Shown here in pieces: positions 57,261-64,000 of a DNA stretch of 64,000 nucleotides (position 1 is its first letter; every line of letters starts with the position of its first letter). The stretch is from the human T2T-CHM13v2.0 reference genome, Homo sapiens: the NCBI RefSeq assembly GCF_009914755.1, contig NC_060925.1, one strand, 5' to 3'. The notes beneath the pieces were generated by a model, which was given only the letters and a program-made list of their open reading frames with translations, was not told the origin of the DNA and made no database searches. Position numbers and translations under genes: made by a program.

Positions 57261-58524
57261 AAAAGTGAAACAGCTTTGGGGCTGACTGGAGTTGGATGTA
57301 ACCTGGAAGTTCTATGATTATACACCACTTTGAGGGCTAGGATCCAGGTCAGTTTGTTCACCACAGTGTGCCTGACACCTAGCATTAGAGGCCATATTCA
57401 GTAGGAACCCGAAATATTGTTGCATAAACACATCGGTTTATATATATATGGGTGAGGAATGTATGCTTGGGAATGCTGAGGGGACCAGCACAGAACCAAA
57501 GAACACTGAGCAAGAAGCTACAGTTTTGCTCTAGCTTGGGCCTAAGCTTTAAGAGATGGGTTGAAAAAATTCCTTGAGGTTTTTAGAATGTCCAGCCAAG
57601 CTCCCTGTGTGAGAAATCTGACCGAGATTGTGAGTAGAAGCTTCTCTCCGGAATGAAGAGGCTGTGTCTAGAAACACCATCTCTGGGTTTTATCTCTTAG
57701 AGACATGAGGACCTGGGGAGCAGGGGGCTCTACAGAAGCCTAATGTTTTAGGAGCATGTAATGCAACATTCCTGACCTCAAGCAATAGTCAGCTCATAAA
57801 GATCTTAACTGTAATAGGGGTCCCTCCTCCTATTCTGCTCTGGTTGGTCGCATCAACCTGTACAAGTTCCCACTCTTTAAGCCCTATCCATCTGTTAAAT
57901 GAAGGGTGCAGGTTAGATGATCCTTAAGGCTCTGCTGCTCTTGGATTTGTGAAATAAGCTAACGGATGAGCTGGGGATTTAAATAGGATTCCATGCCAGG
58001 GGCTTTTACCTTCACAGGACAATGGGAAACTAGGCTCTGATTGATTTCATTGCCTGCAGCACTGAATATGTCTGAGTTGCAGGCTGACTCATATAGGCCC
58101 TTCTAGAAGAGCTACTGGCCCAGAGAGGATGCTGCCTTCACTCTGAGGGTGGTCACCAGTACATGTGAATATGAGCGTAGAAATCCAGGTCTCTGCAGTG
58201 CAAGTGTCCATAATGGGGAAAAACCACAAATATTTCACAACTCTCAGAAAAATAGTACTTGGTAGCCTATGCATGTTTATATTTCCTCCTTCAAGTGGTC
58301 CTCCCGCCTCACAACACACATACATGCATATGACCACAACTAATGCGATCAGGCAGTGTATACCTCCTAAACCACACACGTCCACATGTGCTCTTGCGGA
58401 CATGCAACATACTTACATGTGTTACTTGGACACATGCCTTTGACATATATAGAGATTCTATGTGTTCCACACACATGCATATCCTGCATATTCAGACATT
58501 CCATTTTTGCCCTCACCTACTAGC

Positions 58525-58945
58525 ATGTCCCAATCCCTGGAATGTGGCAAAAGGCAATAAAGGATGCAGATGGAATTAAGGATGCTAATCAGCTGACTTT
58601 ATCTGAGTGGGCCTATGTAATCACAAGAGTCCTTAAAAGGTGGAGGAAGGAGGCAAAAGAATCAGCATCCAGAAGAATCAATGTCCAAATGTGATGTGAG
58701 AAAGACCCCACCAGCCTTGGCTGACTTTGAAGATGAAGGAAGGGGCCATCAACCAAGGAATTCAGGCAGCCTCTAGTTGAAAAGGCTGGAAAATGGATTC
58801 TTCCCTAGAGTCTCCAGAAAGCAGTAAAGCCTCCCACTGCCTTGATTTTAGCCCAGTGAGACCTGTGTCCAGCTTCTTACCTCTAGAGCTGTAAGATTAT
58901 TAATTTGTGTTGTTTTAGGCTGTGAAGTTGTGGTAATTTGTTACA
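58525..58945 (+). mobile_element. MaLR solo LTR, MLT1D/E-like (partial)
   Basis: gcagatggaattaaggatgctaatcagctgac...gactttgaagatgaaggaaggggcca...gtggtaatttgttacaggagtgataggaaatgaacac. Confidence 0.8.
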
Positions 58946-59994
58946 GGAGTGATAGGAAATGAACACCCACAGAATCAGACAGAGTCCCAACCTCATGAGT
59001 CTATGGTCTGAGAGAGGAGACAGGCACGAAACCAGGTGATAGACAACAGAGTAAGAGAGGCCGCAAAAACACAAAGGAGGACTCCCCAGCCTACACTTGG
59101 GCGTGGAGGGAAGATTTCCTCGTGGAAACTCCATAAAGGCAGGGACCAGTATTGACCCAGGTCTGCAACACTGACCACTATATCTGCACACACCCGATGC
59201 CAATAAGTGTTTGCTAGGGGAAGGAAGGAGGGAGAGAGGAAGAAAGGCAAGAGAAAGGCCAAAACTAGGACCCAATAGATAAATAGGATTTGAGGTGGGC
59301 GAATACAAGGTGGGGTGAACTGTCCCAGGCAGAAGACCTAGGGCTATTTTGAGAACTAAGTAGAGTTTCCTTTGGCTGGGACACAGTGCCCCACGGGGAA
59401 CAGGGAAAGATGAGTAGGCAGGGCACAGATCAGGAGGAGCCTTATCAGCTATAATTAGACATTTGGCTCGTATCCTACGTGCAGTTGGTGCATGCTCGCT
59501 CTCGCTCGTTCTCTCTGGTTCTGTCTCCCCACCCCACCCACCTGGGTGATATTTTAACATCTTTTAAATGAAGCATGTTTGTTTGATCTCATTTATGCTA
59601 AACAATGCTTATGGAACTATTTCCTCTTGTTCCCCAGGCCATACTCATGTCCCTACCCTTCAGCAATGATTGAGGACCTAGCTCCTCGGTTATCATTTTG
59701 GGTAAGATGGGCCCATCCAGTGGACAACAAGCACTGGATCTGTAACCACAGCCATCTGGGTTTGAGTTCATACTCCTTCATTTCCCAGCGAATGCTTAAC
59801 CTCTTTCATCCCTGGTTTCCCTGTCTGGAAAATGGGTCCAGGACAGTGCCCACCTTAAGGGCTTGTTGTGAGAATCAAAAGAGCTAGTTCATAAAAGTGC
59901 TTTGAAAGGGCCAGATGTATCCTGAGTAGTCAATGGCAGTTGTCTACCACAATCGACACTCTTTGTATAGTTATTATCAACCAGCCATAACTAT

Positions 59995-60476
59995 TGTTAC
60001 ATGTTACATGAGTTTCCATGGCTCTCCAGATCTCCCTACCCTTCTGTACCCACCTCTGCACCCTAGGAGGCCGATCTGCATGGGCCCCATCAATGATCTC
60101 CCTTGCCTTCTAGCTCCCAATTGTGCCCAGCCTTTGCAAGTTACCAGCAAGAGATGCAGGGAGTGGCAGGAGAGTGAGGATGGGGGATTTATTCTCCCTG
60201 CTCCCTCCTTTTAGGATTTTGCTAGGGCTTGGCTGCTTTCTTCTCATGAAGGCAGCCTCTTTTTGGGGAGCCCTCTCCCTACAACTCCCGTCTTTTTGTT
60301 CCAGGAACTGCTCCCTCTTCTTGCCTTTTAAGAGATAGGGAAGGTAATGACTCCCTGCTGTTATAAGCCCCAGAGTTTCCTTTGCATCTAAGTAAATGAT
60401 CTTTTCCTTAAATTCCCTCCAAGTTACACAGTTTGAGTGTACCATCCATTTTTTGCTAGAACACTGACTGAGACAA
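59995..60476 (+). mobile_element. LTR33-like ERVL solo LTR
   Basis: 3' end aagttacacagtttgagtgtaccatcc...gctagaacactgactgagaca. Confidence 0.6.
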
Positions 60477-61304
60477 CTTTTTTTTCAAATACTGGGACTG
60501 CTGGCTTCACAGACCGAGACTTCATCCTGATAAGGAAGCCCTTGTCCCTTGTCCCACTGGTTAGCTCTAGAACATTCAGCAAGGTGATCACATTGTCACA
60601 AGACCACTTCTTTTTCATTCTGCATGAAACTGAAAATGTCAAGAAAATTTCTGAGTTTAATAGACAACATGATCATACTCCAGACTAGAAAATGAAACCA
60701 AAACCAATTGACCTAGGCAGAAAGTTAGGTTGTAACGGGTTTCCTGCAGCCAAAGAGCCATGAGTCACAGCAGCTGGCTCAAGGCTGGGAGGGGAAGTAA
60801 AACACTAAATCTAAGGACCACTCTATTCACCCTACAGTGACTGCTCTTTTTCCCTCCTGCCACAGTCCAGGGTAGGAGATACTTCTCCGGGCTCTCACTT
60901 ATGGGGGCTTTCCTGCTGGCTACATCACTGAAATGGAATCTCCTAGTGGCCCTTCTCCCTCTACAGCTCTGGTGTTACACTGAAAAACTAGAAGGTCAGT
61001 CCCTTTTATATTTACCACCATTAAGGTTGCAGGAGCCCAGCATGTCCCCATAGGCCTCCTTCTCCATTCTCCTCTTCCCCTTGTTTTGTGCCTGGTTTGT
61101 TTCCTGTCCAAATTGGGTCCTCCTTTTCTAGACCATGAGCTTGCTGAGGTCAGGGAATGAGTCTTCGTATCCTTGGTACCCAGTTCAGAGCCTGCCTTTA
61201 GGGAGTGTTTACTCTAGCACTGTGGTTAGGCAAAGAGATGTGAGTTTGAATCTTGGTTTCCTTAGTCTTTTATCACTCACTTCTCAAATTAAGCCATTTG
61301 TATC

Positions 61305-61614
<310 letters not shown>

Positions 61615-62069
61615 ACTGCTTGTATCTTCTGATTCTTGTTTTGATACCACTGACCTTAGGTAGGGTATTTTATCTTCCTGAATTTTATTTTTCTATGTGT
61701 ATAAAGGAGATTAAATTATCCTTCTAATAGGCTTGTTGTGGGGATTAAGTGAAATAGTGTATACAAAGTTCTTAGCATACTTTGAAGCTATTATTTTTAT
61801 TATTATGCTAGTAAATAAAACTTTCTGGTATTAGAGACTCACATGCCTGTTTGTCTACAGTTTCAAAACAGACAAGGGAAAAAGAGAAACATCAGAAAGT
61901 CTGATTAAAGTAGAAGCATCATATTTCTATCAACGTATCCACTGTGCTTGGTAAGTGGCAGTCTCTCGTCCTGTAAGAGACTTGGGCTTTGAAAAGGGCT
62001 TTGGATCTCAGATCTGTCGACATGGGCCTTGTCATGAACCTCAGCTTCCTCATCTCCAAAACTGCTATA

Positions 62070-62360
62070 GGCCAGGCAAGGTGGCTCACGCCTGTAATCC
62101 CAGCACTTTGGGAGGCCGAAGCAGTTGGATTGCTTGAACTCAGGAGTTTGAGACCAGCCTGGGCAACATGGTAAAACCCCATCTCTACCAAAAATACAAA
62201 AAAAAAAAAAATAGCTGGGTGTGCCCGTGGACACAGCTAACTGGGAGGCAGAGGTGAGAGGATTGCTTAAGCTCGGGAGGTGGAGGCTGCAGTGAGACAA
62301 GGTCATGCTACTCCACTCCAGCGTGGGTGACAGAGCGATACCCAATCTCGAAAAAAAAAA
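62070..62360 (+). mobile_element. AluJ inside a MIR
   Basis: ggattgcttgaactcaggagtttgagaccagcctgggcaacatgg; gaggattgcttaagctcgggaggtggaggctgcagtgag. Confidence 0.9.
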
Positions 62361-62399
62361 TGGTATAGTAATAGCCTCCGCTTGAGGTTACTCTTTCAC

Positions 62400-62780
62400 T
62401 GAATGATAAGTGAGCACCTACTGTGTGTCAGACGTTACTCTAAGCTGCAGACACAGCCTCAAAAAAGACAAGCTAACCCCTGCCACCATGGGGCTTATAT
62501 TTTAATTGGGAAAGGGGCTGGAAAAGACAGACAATAGACAAATCAATAAATTCATTAAAAAGCTAACTTCAGGAATTGATAGGTGTTATGGGGAGAATGA
62601 AAGAGGACCCTGGGATATAGAATGACTTTGTGGGGGAATCAGGTTGGGATCCCTGGATCAGGTGGTCAGGGTGGGACTCTCAGAGAAAATGACTTTTGAA
62701 TTTAAATAAGAATGAAAAGAAAAAGCCAACCGTAGGCAGACCTGGGGACGGCCAGTGCAAAGGTCAGAAGTGAGACAAGG
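62400..62780 (-). mobile_element. L2 3' end (antisense)
   Basis: tgagcacctactgtgtgtcagac...cctgccaccatggggcttatatt...ccagtgcaaaggtc. Confidence 0.7.
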
Positions 62781-63126
62781 TCATAGAGTAACCAGGGTTA
62801 AAATAAGGTGATGCGGCCTAACTGGCCAGAACAATGCCTGACAAAGGTGCTGCTTTCCCCAATATCTTCAAATCCTTAAGGATCTACTGTGTGCTGGTGT
62901 AAGATGCAGAAATCAGTAAATCATGCTACTATCTCTAAGAAACTCATGGTGTAATATAGGAGAAAAAAAGACACCATCAAAATAAATGAATCAAGACCAG
63001 GCAGATGAACATAACTGAAAACAAGTGATAGCAACCTGGGAGATGACATAGACATGGATATGGAAATGGATATGGATATGGGTAGATATGGATGCAGGTA
63101 CAAATGTGGATAAAGGTGGGGATGTA

Positions 63127-63625
63127 TGTTGGGAAAGGCAGTCTCTTGCATGCCGTCTTTCCACCCCTGCTTGGCCACCTAAGAATGCGCATTGGGCCTG
63201 GAAGACTTCCTTACCAAGAAATAAAGAATCCTCAGCCTGTGCTGGACTTATCACCTTTTGTGGGAATATCTTTTTCTGTTTGTACTCTTTTGCTTTGCTT
63301 AAGGGCATGCATCATATGGCACTTAGAAACTTCGCTACTGTATCTGTCCTTTGCAGGCAGGGGATGGGCCCTTCTGCTGCAGCATAAGAGGGGTCATTCA
63401 ATGGCCTGTGTCAGCTACTGGGATGGACCTGCTGTCCATGGGATACTGACACCCACTAGTGAAGCAGATCTTGCTCTGTCTCTTCTCTGTGTGAGTAAAG
63501 TTCTGTTCCATCCAGTGCTTGACTGTGTTGTGTTTTTCGTGGCAATTTCAATACCAACATGCAGTGGGCACAAGCGCTTAGACTTCTACTCCGGTTAATA
63601 GGAAACAGATACCACTTGCTTGCCA
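63127..63625 (+). mobile_element. ERVL-type solo LTR (MER54/MER74-like) inside a (GGATAT)n-like repeat
   Basis: TG...CA ends (tgttgggaaaggcagtctc...ccacttgcttgcca), AGTAAA signal about 63495; degenerate ggatat repeats on both sides. Confidence 0.55.
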
Positions 63626-64000
63626 GTTGGATGTGGATATTGGATGTGGATAGATGTAGATATCAATTAAAAGAACAAATGAATACGTGATTGAATGAGT
63701 GAATACATATAAGGAGGGAGAGGGTTGGGTCAGGGTAGATGAGAAGGGGGATGAAGGAGGCAGAGGTGGGCAGAGGTGGTGATGTAGAAGAGGTGTTCAC
63801 CACTGGGAAAACTCCAACTGGGCTGGAGCAGAGGATCCTTGTATGGAAATCATGTCTGGAAACTAGCAGAAGACCAGTTATGGACAATTTTGGCTTTGCT
63901 TTGTGGGCCTATCATGCTATTTATACTTATATGATTAACAGACATTTCTATAACATACCAGACCTGACAAAGCTGCTACAACACACCTGAGTTCACATGA

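Noticed and set aside
58883-59560. 225-aa minus-strand ORF
   Set aside because: Runs through L2- and MLT1-derived sequence, has a non-ATG start and no recognisable domain; consistent with chance.
62921-63598. Several overlapping 70-168 aa ORFs
   Set aside because: Arise from a simple repeat and an LTR; low-complexity translations.

Overview
Primate (human-like) nuclear DNA, repeat-dense and apparently intergenic or lncRNA-intronic. I find no intact protein-coding gene, rRNA, tRNA or CRISPR array. The long ORFs at 60-4393 are broken LINE-1 ORF1/ORF2, those at about 40.0-40.7 kb are a full-length processed PHB (prohibitin 1) pseudogene, and the rest appear to be chance ORFs in repeats. The window holds a disabled L1PA (1-4730), about ten Alus, several L1 fragments, many L2/MIR relics, MaLR and ERVL solo LTRs, hAT MITEs, and a nested retro-element stack at 36.5-42.5 kb. 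A CpG-enriched, motif-rich promoter-like segment and a well-formed non-coding exon lie at 53.6-54.6 kb. I see no evidence of a new multi-gene biological system. The most unusual signals are fossil DNA-repair or template-switch scars. (i) An Alu carries an insert copied in inverted orientation, in two collinear patches, from a MIR 2.4 kb away. (ii) A 432-bp fold-back inverted duplication (about 190-bp arms, about 91% identical) replaces the tail of an L2. (iii) The L1 appears chimeric, with a younger body and an older 3' end. Repeat subfamily names come from recalled consensus sequences, not a database search, and boundaries of old repeats are approximate.
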